Assembly (NCBI RefSeq): GCF_001949145.1
Contig: NW_019091361.1
Span: forward strand, 124,001-188,000
Length of the DNA: 64,000 bases
Source of the DNA: Acanthaster planci
Lineage: Eukaryota
Direction of reading: 5' to 3'
The notes below the pieces were generated by a model. It was not told where the DNA came from, searched no databases, and saw nothing but the letters and a program-made list of their open reading frames with translations. Positions 38,473 through 53,300 of this stretch are shown here, piece by piece; within the stretch, counting starts at the first letter, position 1, and each line of letters begins with the position of its first letter. The translations under genes were made by a program, and so were the position numbers.

Positions 38473-38762
38473 GAGGATGCTTTGCTCTCTTTCAGTTCTC
38501 TGTTTCTTGTATGTTTTTATTATTTTTGATCTCTTCCGTCATAAAATGCTTGGCAACGGTTTACTTCACACACCGACGAACTTTAGGGAGTAAGGCTTTA
38601 GGTTCTTGTTGCTGTGTCGTCTTCCCTCTCAAGATTGTTTGGAGTCCTCGGTTTTTACAAGCTGAGGCTGAGGATCGCTTTCCCATCTACACGCACCTCG
38701 CCGGGCCTCGATCGGTTCGATTGAGTCGCCACGGCAGCCCTTCCGCGGACGGAGGTTTTATA
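38473..38762 (-). promoter_or_regulatory. Candidate TATA promoter and non-coding exon 1 of the EF-hand gene
   Basis: Minus-strand TATAAAA at 38762-38756 in a CpG-rich tract, and a donor CTC|GTGAGA at 38473/38472. Acceptors sit just upstream of the ATG (exon would start at 37672 or 37652). Confidence 0.45.
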
Positions 38763-40198
38763 ACTGGGCCATGGCTGTGACAAGAGGTCGTGTATGATGC
38801 GGTATATACGCCATGTTGTTTCCCACTCCTATTGTAGATTATTTTCATTATTGGAGATTTGCAATTGTATATAGGTTTGCATGAATCGAATGGAAAGTGG
38901 CTGCGATGTAATAATTCTTCAAGGTGGCATTATAAACGACAGATGGACGCAGGACGAAGTTCGACGATTGACATTTGCCGCGTAAACACCCAGGTGGACT
39001 TCAGAATTAAATAGCTGCTAATCTAAGGTGCAAACTGTCACAGGTCTTTCATAAATTATGGTTCTGGGATGTGGTATATGATCTGTGTTCAGGCCAACTT
39101 AAAGGCCATATCAGGCCATATCAATGGAATCAATGTGCCAGTAGGGAAGTCGCGATTGCTGTTGGGGGCGATCGAAATTAATAAGTTGGCGCAAGGCAAG
39201 ACTTGGGGGCGCACTTCATAAATTCCATTCTGCCGACTCGCAAGCCATACAGACTTCCGGAGCGACGTGTACAAGTCTATCGTTAAAAACACTTCATTAT
39301 TAGGCTTAGTGATTCGTGCGTTCAGACAACAGAACATTAGTCGCGAAAACTAGAATCCCATCTCTTTCTGGCTTAACCCAAGTCTTTCTGGACATAAAAT
39401 TGGCACAGGATCGTAGCTATGTAATAGTTTCACGTGAACTCCCTCCATTTTGTTTTTTTTTCGAATGGCAAATGGTCGGTAAAAGACAGTATTTCAGCGG
39501 TGTGTTGTGGTCACCAAGTTGCCAGTCAGCCGGGTTCGTGTCGCCTAGGCCTATACCTTGTTACGCATCGTCTGCGTGTCACGACTGAACTAGACTGCGT
39601 GGCGTTCATTGACTGAACAACGAAGTCATCGTCTCGGAACTCCACAAAGTGATAGGTTAGCGGGCCTTTGTTTGCCCACATTTCAGTCATGAATACTTTT
39701 ATAACAGGAATGTTGGTCATGTCGGGATTTGTTGTAGTCTGACTGCAGCGCTCTTTGTCTGACAGCAGTTTAGTTTTTTGCCTTTTCTCACTTTTCGAAA
39801 TGTTCGTTCATTTTGTCTGCCTGTTTCCTTGTTGAGCGCTTGTGCCATTCAATGGAAAATGTTTTTCCATACTTGTAGGACTCTTAGTCTTCTACTGACA
39901 CATCACAAGCTTTGTGTCTCAATACTTGATGTGACAATTGACATGGTTGATGAAATGATAGTGGAATATTTTGCTATTTGTAAACTGTTCATGTACTATA
40001 GTAGAGAGAATTATAATCTCGTATTGGTATGTGCATGTAAACTGGTACATGTACATGAACACTGTACGCTGTTCCAATTTTGAAAGGAGTACATGTTTGT
40101 CTTCCTTGCATTTTTCTTGTGTTGAATTTCAGTTTCTAATAAGTAAATACTTGTAAATGTACGTTAGTGTTTGCAGATACATGTACGTATATCCCTGC

Positions 40199-40640
40199 GG
40201 TCATGTTGTTTAGTGTCAACAAGCGTCAACACACATAAGTGGCGTCAACAAAGCGTCGACAACTTGAAAATACCCTCCACAGATTTAAAAGGGGTTTTAT
40301 TACATTTTAGAGACTCTATCACTTGCCATTGTATAAGAGAAACACTGAACTTGCCTCCAGATTCTCGCATGAAAACAAAAATTGTTCGCGATGTATGGGG
40401 GCCGTCATCTTTCTTTCCTCTGCTGTCCACGCGAAAACAAGATGACGGCCGGTTGGACTGTAGTCCCAACTTAGTCACTCAAATTTCAACATTCAAATAT
40501 CATTTCAGATAGATATGATACATTGAATTTGATATGTACAGTAGGAGCCTAATTAACATTTATAAAAAATCTTTGCATAAATATGATTGAATAACTTGTT
40601 AACGTTTTGTTGACGCTTGTTGACGCTAAATAGCGTGACC
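40199..40640. mobile_element. MITE with TIRs rich in GCGTCAAC repeats
   Basis: GGTCATGTTGTTTAGTGTCAACAAGCGTCAACA at the left end matches the reverse complement of TGTTGACGCTTGTTGACGCTAAATAGCGTGACC at the right end. Confidence 0.7.
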
Positions 40641-41350
40641 TAGATCGCAGTGCTTTGTACACTGCACAAATGCATGTACATAGGCCCTAACATAAAAGCC
40701 AGAATTTGTGAAGTGGCTAAAATTGTAATTAAATAAAGGAAATGGATTTGCAGCACATACATGTACAGGTTCTTCTATTAAATCCAAATTTTAGGGTATC
40801 ATTTTTGTCATAACTAACAGTGGCACTGGATACTTTGTGCTCATTATCCTAATGCATCATACTCATATATACATGTAAAGTATGTACAGCAGGTGTGCCA
40901 AAAGTTTAGCACGTACATGTACATGTATGCTTACTAGTCATTCTGTTATGCCATCAACAAGCATTGGTCCCAATTGGGATTATAGTCCACAACTGAGTCT
41001 GCAAAGGAGAGAGATGGGGACCATTTGAATGCGATACCAGGCATAAATGCTTGCACCGTAGGATCCAATGGGTTGTACATGCTCAGCATGACCTACCATT
41101 GTGTCCAAGCACATGAACCTGTACAGTACATGTACCCATGGGTTTGTCCCCACCAGAGGTGTTGTGGCTACAGCGTAAAAAAACATCATAAAAGAAACTC
41201 AGAATCATCCCAACTGTAGTTGGGACTGATGCAAGACGTGGTCCCTGTACTAGGGATGTAGTATGATGCAGACTTAACAGGCAATGACTAACCTGAACCC
41301 CCACTGTTTTGTTTCTTGGACACAGGTGATTTTCATGGGAATAGTCCAAG

Positions 41351-44300
41351 ATGGCCGATGTGGACCCAGAGACATTACTGGAATGGTTACAGATGGGCCA
41401 AGGAGAAGAGCGAGACATGCAACTCATAGCCTTAGAACAACTTTGCATGTTGCTGCTTATGTCTGACAATGTTGACCGATGCTTTGAAAGGTAAACACTT
41501 GAGAAAATTCTTAGTTGTGAAGTGTTGGTCCCATTTACATTCCAACCCATGTTGTACAAGTGACATGCCAGTAACATGCATTATTAAAGCAGTAACTTGT
41601 ACATATTGTATATTGGTATTTCAGTGCAAATGTTGTTCATTAGAAGTAAGAAAAATATTCATAGCAGATCTCCATTTTGTTGTACCAGCCTTGTTGATAG
41701 TGACTTGTAACTGGATAAGAAGGAAGTTTGAAGGAAGCTACTAGGAAATGATCCGACAATATGTTTTGAAGAATCAAAGAAACTGTTGAGTTTCTGAAAA
41801 CACTAACATTGACATTGGCATTGTTTTTTGTACACGTTGCATTCTCAAAAACCAAAACTTCAAAAACCTGGATAATTGCACAGTCATTCTGTAGAAATGA
41901 TGATTATCGTTGTAGTAATCAGGAAGCCACCCCAATAAACAGAGGAAGTGGGTCATTACTGAAGCATTACTGGCTATTACTTCTGTTAAAAATATTCCAT
42001 TCAGAATCCAATCCATTCACGTGTTCCACTCTGGTTACATGTACTACACTGTGAAGTTCCTGATTTCTTTTACTTTGAAGTACATGTACCAAAGTTCATG
42101 ATTTGAAATGTATTGAAAAATACGTGTATTCCACAAACCAAATGCAGAAGTTTTTTTTATCAGGTAGCAAACAGGAATTCTAGGAAACAAGTCATGACCC
42201 AATGCACGTACAGGTACATGTACATGTAAGAATGATGTATCTTCATTGTGCCTTCTTGATACATGTGCCTTGCGTGACTCAGGGTGGGAATTAATGTTCA
42301 AATTGAAAAACATTGAACAATACATGTACATGCACAAGAACTTTACCATTTAAACGTTCAGCCAACACTTGACGGAGGCCATCGCCGATTACATTGTACT
42401 TCAGTGTACATGTACATGTACCGGAAGATACACTGTACATGTATGCTTAGTTCAACAATGCACCTGGTCCAGCCTATGTAAAAAGGTAAATGTACATGTA
42501 GATTGATATTTGGGGCATTTAAAACAATCAATGTTTTTTGTTTTAGAATCCACTTTTATTTTTTCATAAAGTACATGTACATGGATGCCGAAAGGGAAAA
42601 GAAATACGTAAAATTAATGCCAGAATCCATCAATCAAAACGTCAAACCTCTAAAAGGGGCGGTTCCGTTTAAACGTTCGGGAAAGTCTGTAAATGGATTT
42701 GAAACTTTTTTCATTTAAACATGTAAATGCCCCACCCTTATGTCTGACCTTTCACCCCTCCATTGCAAGGAGAGTGCCTTCCACTAGTTTAATGCTACAC
42801 TGTATGACCTGAAGGAAAGTGTGAGGAAGGGGCTCTGTCTATATACCGGTACCTACCTGTATGTACATGTACATTACATGCATGTCTCATGCAGCCAGGC
42901 TTTTGGAGTGTTCTCCATGCAGGGTGTTTGAACCAGTTTACATGTACATTCGTGCAACATGTTCTCAGTTGGAACTTGTCAGATCATGGGACTTTAGCAT
43001 TATCAACACTAAAAGGACCTGAGTGACTCTGTTTTGTGGTTAGGATTTAGTTAACTAAGAGGCCACTGCATTGTTCTAATAAAATGCATTGTGCACATGA
43101 ACAGGTGCATACATACATGAACATGTACATTACATGCATATAGTACATCAGCTATCCCCCAAAATCATTGTACAACGTGTATTTGGTGACATATAAGACT
43201 TGAAGGTTTTCATGGTGAAAGAAACTAGATTTATAGTAAAGATTGCGGTAACACCATGTATTTATCTCTTCTTTGAGTATGTGTGGTTCTGAGAAGAGTT
43301 ATTCCCCGGTTCTTCTCAGAACCACACATACTCAAAGAAGAGATAAATACGTGGTGTTACCGCAATCTTTACTATAAATGTATCTGGTGAACAGGTACAT
43401 GTACGTGCATGTACTTGTACAGATTTATAATTTCACATGCATTTTTTAAGTGAAATTTTATGAATTAACACACATGTATTCAATACCAGTCACAGTCATT
43501 ATGCCAGTCAATATTTTGTGAATGATTACAAGGTGAGTCATGAATATTATACAATTAGTATGGACTGAAAGAAGGGCATAGGTCAGCTGGAGAAGTCACT
43601 AGTCCGTGTACAGGTGCATACATGTACATGTACATACTGTACATGTACACTGTACATGCACTGTACAGTACTGGTATACATTGTATGTGTACATCATGTA
43701 CATTGTGTTTTGTGTACTTGTTCTAAACTGTAAATTCCCGCTCTTTGAGGATCCTGGCTAGAATTCCACAGAGCATTCAAGGAAGTACATGTACTGTACA
43801 TTGTACATCTACAGTAGGTCTACGGTGCATATAAAATGCATCACAGAGTACATGTACAGGTGTACCTGTACATGAAATGCCATAGTGTGCATTGTTTTCT
43901 TCTAATGCTAACACTCAGTTTCATAAAAATACACCTGTACAATTAGAGCACATGTACATGTACATATGTACATATACTGGTACAGCACATTGTACGTGTA
44001 CCCATGTACATGTACTCTGTACCCAGTATGTATGTATGTAATTTGGTACATGTCCCATATATTGGTACATGTACAGTACATGTGCGTATGGTGCATTTTT
44101 AGCCATGCATAATTACAGCACAGAGTATGAAAACTTATCATGTCTGTCCGAACAAAATCAAAACTGCTCTGGCAAATCGTTTGACCAACATATCAATGAC
44201 AGCTCTTAAAATGTCAACACAATATGTGGGATTATGGTGTCCGATTTATTATTACCGGTAGTTTTGTGTTACATGTACATTTACGTTGATTACACCCAAG

Positions 44301-47300
44301 GCATTCATCAGGGCTTATTGCTCATCACCGGCTGATGTCACCCAGTGCCATGCTTGTATGAACACTCAAGTGCACGTACATGAAATTGTCCCGTAATTCT
44401 TTGCGCATTGTAAAACGTACGTCATGCTGTCATCAAATGTTCAATTTCCTTGGTAACCCATGCATGACACCTAACCTGGGTACCAGGCAATATGGACCAA
44501 TAGTGGTTGGCTGCGTTCATACGGTTCCTCCAGTTCAACCCGAGTGTGGTGCACGCACATCATATTTGTATATGTGCGATGGGAGTATACATGTACCTGT
44601 ATCCTTGTTGACCTGCGGGTCTTAATTATTCCTGCTGAACACGGGTAGCTCGCTCAAACGCAGCCTTTAGTCATGGCTCAAACTTGCTCCGAGTTTGACT
44701 GTTTCCCGGTCCCCATAGTTTAAAAAAAATTGATAATGGGGTTGGGAACCCCAACTCTACCTTTTATATAATGTGGCAGATCGAAAGTTTGTAATTACAG
44801 AACAAAATTGATTGTGTTATGACATTTTGTCCGAGCATTTTTTTGGTCTAATTTTGCACTCTGCAGCATATACCAGTACAGTGTACATGTACGGTATGCA
44901 CCTTGTTCAGTCACTCCAGACTTTCCAGTGACATTTGGACTAAGTACAGATTGATATGCACTAATTACACCAGCGTTACCAGGAGGTTTACACCCTCTTT
45001 GTCATGATTTGTGTGATTCAAGCCATGTCTGTACATTACAGGTACATGTACATGTACGTGAACATGTACATGTACATACACGACGAGAAGCATGCACATG
45101 TACGTCTCTAACTACAGTAACATACCGGTACGTTGAATTCCATGTTCATACTGGTTCATATGTACATGTAACATGCATAATAGTACATTGTACATGTATG
45201 TATGTGTAAATGTGCACACTACCAGTACAAGTTTATTTGAATCATGTCTTGCTGTTATGGAGATAACAGAGTAAGCGTGAATTGTGGATACTGGTGTGTG
45301 ATACTGTACAACGTCAAACAGGGAGTCGGTAATTGAAGCCATCTGTAAACAGATTGTCTAACAACTGTTCAACAGAATACCGTTTTAATTCACCTGAATC
45401 AGCCCTAAATAAAGTAGAACTGACTGTTATATATGGTCATTTACTGGCTTGACACATGTGCAGTACATGTGCCCAGTTGGTCACCCATTTTTATAATATA
45501 TTCGCAGCTAATGTATTACACCTACAGGAATGCAACATTACTAAGGGAATTGTTACAGGATTTGCTGGTTTTGAACAAACATGTTTATAATTGGCTAGAA
45601 TCCTACACTTGAAATCGAGCCATTTGTAAGTCGTGTAACTCGTGTTTGTCATCCAGAACAATATGAGCCAACATGCTGCGTCGTTTGACAATTAATGCTG
45701 AGCCTGTGAACCATTGCCCGCAATCCAGCTTGCTGCTCTGATTCGGCCTGGATACAACAACGTGTGATGGTTGTGGGCTGTTAAGTACCGGGTTTCAGTG
45801 CACGCCTAACGACTTGATCAACCTGACCCTGGATGGATATTCATGAATTCCACCACTGCACTGCATATTCATATTCAATAGTACATACTGTGTAGCTCAC
45901 ACCACATAACAGACTCATAATTAATAATAATTTATTCATTTATAAAGCACAAATTTCATGTACATGTAGATATGTTCAAATGTGCTGTGCAATGAAGACA
46001 TTAAGCGTGGAACAATGAATACATTTAAACATGGTTGAGCCGATGGCATACAAGGGCGTCTCGGGCAGCTGCCAAATGACCCATATTCACCAACATCAGT
46101 AAAGGGGAGACAGTAAGAAGTAGTTACAGTTTTAGAGGTGGGAGGAAAACCCCAAAGGAATATTCTGGGTAAAACCCTGGGAATCAGGTAGGGACTGAAA
46201 ATGCAATCCACATGTGGACCGTGTTGGGAATCGAACCTGGGACCACAGAGGTGGATGGCGAGGAAAGAACTACCGGTACCTTGCCGACCTGACTCATCCA
46301 TTTTCTATACATGTAGGGATGCCTATATTTGATCAGTGCTAGTTTCTTTCATACATGTATCTATTTACTATCTTTTTGGTAAAAAAATGATGCTTTTATG
46401 TTACGGGTAAATTATCTTTGTAGAATAAAGTAAACACCCTCTTCAAGGAACGAGACTGTGGTTGTTGCTGATAAATGTCCAACTGACCAATCAAACTGCC
46501 CCTAAAATAAATATTCATATAGTTGGGATTCTTAGCCATTCAGAATGCTCGGTCCAATTGTGGTAGCAAACCCCATATGTTGTGCACAAAAGGACTTGCA
46601 AATTGTTCAAGTCGGTAATTGGGCACTGCCGAACACGCATATTGGGGAGCGAGGTTGCATTGACTGTTCCCATGTGTTATTAAACGGCACATTAAACCAC
46701 ACTACTTGCGCATCACAGTAAAGGTGGACTACTTGTACACCCAGTCAATTACTGATTTGATTTCAAGTCCACTGGAAACCATGCTATTGGCATTGATTTG
46801 CAATATGGCTTTAATTCATGTACCAATACACTGCAGCTCCTGTACTGGGCCCCTTGCTAGTTTCTTGCTGTATCGTCCAAAGGCATATATTGATTCCCTT
46901 TATACTTACATGTATGTACATGTACACACTGTACCTTTAGTTTCCTTCCCAAACTCAAAACAAGTTGAAAATTTTGACAATTTTGTTCATCAAATGTTTC
47001 ATCTTCATGCACTCGCACAGTATCCCGTTTCACTGAAAGTTCAACACATGGCTTTACACAGCATGTGATGCAGAACTAAGTAGTGCATGTACCAATGTAG
47101 TGGACTAAACTTTAGAAGTCCTGTAAGTGTGGACCATACCCATGGGCTTTGTGGTGTTTATTCTTCCAAGTGGAGTACAGGGGAAATGACACATTTCCAT
47201 CAACATGATGCATTTTCTGTTGCCTAGTGTCATGTGTTTGTGTACATGGCTATTTATGTACTGGTGTGTGTCTGATCAAGTTCATGTGATTAGATTGGGC

Positions 47301-50300
47301 TGGCTTAAGATGAGGAGCAACCTTGTCCAAATAGTCCTAATTCCTTGCTATTTTTAACTTGACCTACTGTGCCTGAGCAGTTGTCCCTATACATCCACAG
47401 GATGAAGAGTGCATCATTGTGTGGGTTAAAGTTGGCAGGCCATGCAGTTGATGTGAATAGTCTTTCATGTATAGTATAGAGACATGAACACTCTTGAAAC
47501 ACGGTAGATCTGATAGGAATGAAGACCTCGCTTCTTATCTGCATTTACTGGTTTAGTACTGGAAGCAAATCACTGCAGTGTCTGTTTAGAATGTATGCAC
47601 AAACCGGTAGGCGTACATGTGCATGTATGGTACATGTACACTGCAAATGAATAGGATAATTTGGGTTTTGTTTGCAGAGTAGATTTCCTTCTGTACAAGT
47701 TTTAAAAAGTTTTTAAAAAGTGCATTGATGAAACTTTACGTATGAGAATGAGGTGTACTCTGTGCCATTAAAATTGTACCAGCACAAAATGAAATTTAGG
47801 ACAGTTTGGTTAGCTATGGGTTCATCTACCGGTACCGTACACATGAACATGTTCATTAATTACACGAACATGCATACAGCTTTGGTGATAAGTTAGTGTT
47901 GGCTTCATTATCAATACTCAGAGGAACATGTACCCGGTACTGTTTTTCCTCGATATGATGAGTTTATGCTTGCAAATCTCATTGATGTGTGTTGTCCATT
48001 TGTTACACTCTTCTCAATTGCATACATGTATACTGTACATGTACAGATAGTACACTCTACAGTACATGTAAATGTACATGTACATGTAATAGCCTACATG
48101 TACAATGTAGATCTCCCATTTTGGTAAGCTGTTCGTTCATCTACATGTACAGATAGTACACAGTACATGTACACATGTTATAACCTACATGTAGATCGCC
48201 CATTTTGGTAAGCTGTTCGTTCATCTACATCTACATGTACATGTACAGATAGTACACAGTACATGTAATAACGTACATGTAGATCTCCCATTTTCCCATG
48301 TCATGCAAATAGAATTCTACCCTCCTTTTCTTACTCGTAGTATATCACAAACATGTTGTATTCCAATCAATTTTTCAAACCTTCCATATTCTCTGCAGAT
48401 AATGCATCCACAGCACAGATTCCACACATGCCTAGAGGCTAGACTTGACATTTGGGCATTCATTCTCATATATTTGTTTGGCTGAAAATGTACATGTACA
48501 TGTGAATTTACATATTCTGTGCGTCTACTGGTGTGACTTGTATGAGTACGCACATGTACATTGTATGTACATACAAAAAATCCCAGAAACAACCACTAGT
48601 TATTTACCTGGAAGAATTAAAAAAATTGTAACTCTTAATCAATTTGGAAAGAACAAGTCACTGAAAAAGCAATTCTGAGTCCCTTTAAGTGGCCCCTGGA
48701 CTCCCCCATTACCTGTGAGACTCTGGTCCCATTACTAAATTGTCCTGCACAGTAAAATACAGTATAGCTGGCTATAACATGTACATGTACAGGTATACAT
48801 GTACTTGCACATGTATGCATGTGCTCTGTTCTCGGCCACACAGTGAGGTGATTTTTTTTTACCATACTTGTATTTGAACAATTTGACTTTTGTGATTTTT
48901 CTGTGTGCGTTACACTTGATGTTGCGGTAAGTTTCCTGTTTGCAAATACCGGTGAATGAATGGGTTCAAGTTGCCATTAGCAACAGTGATCTAAGCACCC
49001 AAATAAAAGGGCACATCATAACAGAAGAGTACTGTAAATTATCTGAATTGTACATAATTTATGTACTGGTACCCTGTTGCATCATGTCTGTGTACTTCCG
49101 TAAGGATTGACTTCCCAATCCAATAATGACCAGACGGTCTTCAAATGTATGTACCGGTACATGTACCGGTACTCATGTACTGATGTGAATAACGGATGCA
49201 CATGTACATGTACCTGTACATACACATGTACATTATGTATTTGCCCATAGGCATGTTTCTATTGGACTTTTTCTTCCGTGGGCAAGCTGAACCTTACTGC
49301 GACATTTTTTCGTTTCTATCTACCGCGCATTCCCACATGGCTTTTTTTTTTAGAACTGTGACGGAATGTGTATTTGCTGTTTTAGGCCTCATAAGACCGG
49401 CTGATTACATGTACTGGTACATTGCCTGCGCTGTACAAATCATGACAGCAAAAATCTAAACCAAAAATGACAAAATCAGACGAATTTGGCCAAATCTGCC
49501 ACAAATGAGATGAACTTGTATACATGTAGGAAAAGCCTTCGGCACAATGTGTACATGTTTATCCAGGCACGCTTCACTGTGTGTGCTTGGCATGCTGCTG
49601 TACTGTACGCACAGAGCTGGAGACTGGGAACCATACAACCATTTTCGCCTGTCCGCTATCGATCTCTGTGTACTGTAGCAGTTGTCTGGTTCGTAGGTTT
49701 AGCGTGGTCGCGTTTAATCTACATTGTACAAGAACTGGTCCCATTGGACTTTTTTGTGCCCCTGCTAACTTTCTATGGCTGCACGGAAATCTTCCATGAT
49801 CCTTTGCGGCCTGTTAGTTTTACATCATGATCATGGTACATGTAGGTTGACAGAGATGTTATGATAGTTTACCACATTTTCCCATTGGATTTAATTTTGT
49901 AATTTTAGAGGAAAGTTGTGGTAAGATAACCAAAAACAAGTCCAGTGGGAATACGGCTTATACCATACAGCAGGTAACGCCTTGGTAACAAAATTCACTG
50001 TTCTTACACATGTACACGTACATGTACGTGTACATGTTCAGGTACCAAGTACAGGTACTTGTATTTAATTAAATGTACCGTAGTTGGCGTGGGATTACTA
50101 CAGTAGGTACTCTGGACTAGTACTTATGTACTGGTAATGGTAATATACAAGTAAGTACCGTACATGTACATACCCTGTTGATCTTCAAGTACAGTATGTG
50201 TATATGATACATGTATCAATTTCTAGCAAATTTATTGCCAATTTGCTTCATTCTCTCCTCTTAGTTGCCCACCGAGAACCTTCCTCCCTGCACTCTGTCG

Positions 50301-53300
50301 GATCTTCCTTGATGAGCATGCTCCAGATAATGTCTTAGAAGTCACCGCTCGTGCCATCACCTACTACCTAGATGTCTCAGCTGAATGTACCAGGCGGATT
50401 GTGGCAGTGGATGGCGCCATCAAAGCTCTGTGTAACAGGCTAGTTGTGGTAGAGTTGTCTTCTAGAACCTCCAAAGACCTTGCTGAACAATGTATCAAGG
50501 TATGATAAGGGAAGTTCTGGGATGGTGGGTGTCTCATTCTTAGTTGCAGCTAGTCATTACGTCACCGGTTACGTTACCGGTGCTTGCAATTTTGTAAGGT
50601 CAACTCAAGTCAAATACATTGTATGACAAAGCATTCCTTTGTCACGGTTCATTTCTTGTAACTGCAATATATCTGACTTTATTTGTGACCCAACTCTTTC
50701 TTCTTGGAATTCATGTCTACCGTGATTGTTTTTATAGACCAGCCCAGGAGAATGGAAATTAATAATGGACCAAATCAAAGGGGAAGGATATTATTAACAT
50801 CCATTCTCCTGAGTCAGTCTTAAATGAATATTTAAGAATGGCCAAACACATACGTGTACCTGTTCTTATTTCCATGCATAAATACATACCTTTTGAGTCA
50901 TACATGTAAATGTAAATAAAGTTTAGAAATAAATTTCCTATCTTTACTTAGCAATTTCACTTTCTGGCAATTTCACTTTCTGGCCCCTCTAGCCAGCCCA
51001 TGTTACCAGTGTGTTGGTCTCAAGACCTGGTCTTGGTCTTGAGACGGTCTCGAGACCATTTTTTGGGGTCTGGGTCTCAGTCTTGGTCTCGTCCTATCAA
51101 AGTCTCGGTCTTGAAGTCTTGGTCTTGATCTTAAAGGAGTGGGTCTTGGTCTTACATGTACACGTAAATGCCTTGGTCCTGGACATCAAGGTCCCGGATA
51201 CAACACTGCATGTTACGTTACGTGCCATTCATGAGGAGTCATAAACAATGGTTTGTAGTACAGGTACATGTGGTGAAGTGGTGAGGAACACAATGAGCCA
51301 GTAGTGGGAGACATTATCAACATCCATTCTCCTGAGCTGGTCTTAAACCTACGGTACATGTACGTTTAAGACCAGCGCATGGTCATGCGATTATCTCAAA
51401 AATATGTTGCTCATTAAAATCTACCGGTACATATGCCCCTCCTTGTGTAAAAACTGATGATATTGCCTACTAGTCAGCTAGTACATGAATTCATTAGGGT
51501 GGCTGTTATACATCATACATGTACAGGAGTATCACCCTTCATCGCTGTCAGATTTTATCCCTAAATACATTTGCCCAATAATGTCAAAAGAGGGTCTGAT
51601 TTTCATTTATCGTTTGGTGTTTTAATATTGTTCAGTGAATTGTTCTTTTCCTTCATACTACTGTATGAGCCAGCTGTACACGTAGTTTTACTAGCCAAAA
51701 TTTGAAAAGTCAGCCATATACAATGCGAGGTACCAGTACCTCTAGAAGGGGGGAGACAAAACGTCAGCCCATGGCATTGTAACTTTCAGGGAGGTCATGA
51801 CCTAATATAGAATGTATGGGCGTTGTTACAGTATGATTGACATGCATTATATTATGATGTTGCCATCTCCACCGTGCATGAAACGTGACAGGATATCAGC
51901 AAGTTGCCAAAGTGTTCCACACTGTGTGCAGCAAGCTGAGCGTGGCACGCTGCATGATTTACATGTACATGTACATGTATGTTGTGAACTGAAATGTAAA
52001 GTGTGCTTAATTTTCATTGCAGTATTTTGGAAGTGTGGCACCTAAAGGTTTTTCTACCCATGGATGTTAATTATCTGACATGCATACTGCAATAAGGCAT
52101 TTTCACGTGACCATGGTAAATGTCCGATCAAATGCTCGCAATGGCAGAACAAAATTGGCTGTGCTAGGACGTTTCATCCGACCACGTTTTGCTGTCTAAT
52201 TTCCCGCACAGGTGTACATGTACATGTGTACCGGTTCATTTGAATAACTTGTACGTGCTCATCCAACTTAAGGGCAAGTTTTTCAGTGTTGCTGGATCTC
52301 TTTTCTAACCTAGACTTTCAATAGAAAGAGCTGGAATTACCGTACATTTACCAGTAAGTTTTAAAAAATAAAGCTTACTACTGGTATTGTACTTGTACAT
52401 GTACACATGTGACTTCCATGGTCAGTCACCTACATTGTACATCATGTACCGGTATGCACCTGTACATATTGATTTTGTATGCCGGAAGTGTCCATGATTT
52501 GACAGTAATTAATGTCAAGTTCACAATGAACATGCACACATGTACATGTACATATATGTAGACATGTACATGTACAACCATGTTACATGTACATATGCTT
52601 GTTATCCATGCATGGATGGATGCACATGAGCTAAGGCAAGGTCATGGGAATGGTATTTCAAGTTACAACTGATTGTGCATGCACAGCGTGTGAACATACA
52701 TGTACATGTACATGTACTGTACATGTACATTGTGTTGATGTACTGGTATATGTACACACACAAAGATGGCTGGCTCACAGTACACCTGCTGTTCGTAAGC
52801 AGATTGGGAATCTACATGACAGACATACTGTACATGTACATGTTCATGCATACACATTGTACAATTTTTAAAAAGTGGCTTTAATTAAATGTTTTACAAT
52901 ACTACATGTACATGTTGTGTATGAAATTTGCACTGTTGTGATGCTAATTTGTATACACAATGCCGTATCCATAAATTACCGACATGTACGGGTGTACATG
53001 TTCATGTACATGTTTGTGTGTATTTATACAGGTTCGGACACCACCTGTACATGTAAATACACTGTACATGCACATGTACATTGTACAATTCATGAATGGT
53101 TAAATTCATATTTTGTAGTCACCTGTCAGTTTATTGAGCTTTTTGACATCAGACCTTTTTTAGACAAACATACTGGTAGAGGTGTTTGCCACTAATTATT
53201 TCATTGATAAAATACTGAAGCACTGCACAAGAAGCTGTTTGGATTTTCCTTACTTGTACATTTGTAAATCTGCACAGTACACACGTGCATGTACGTTACT

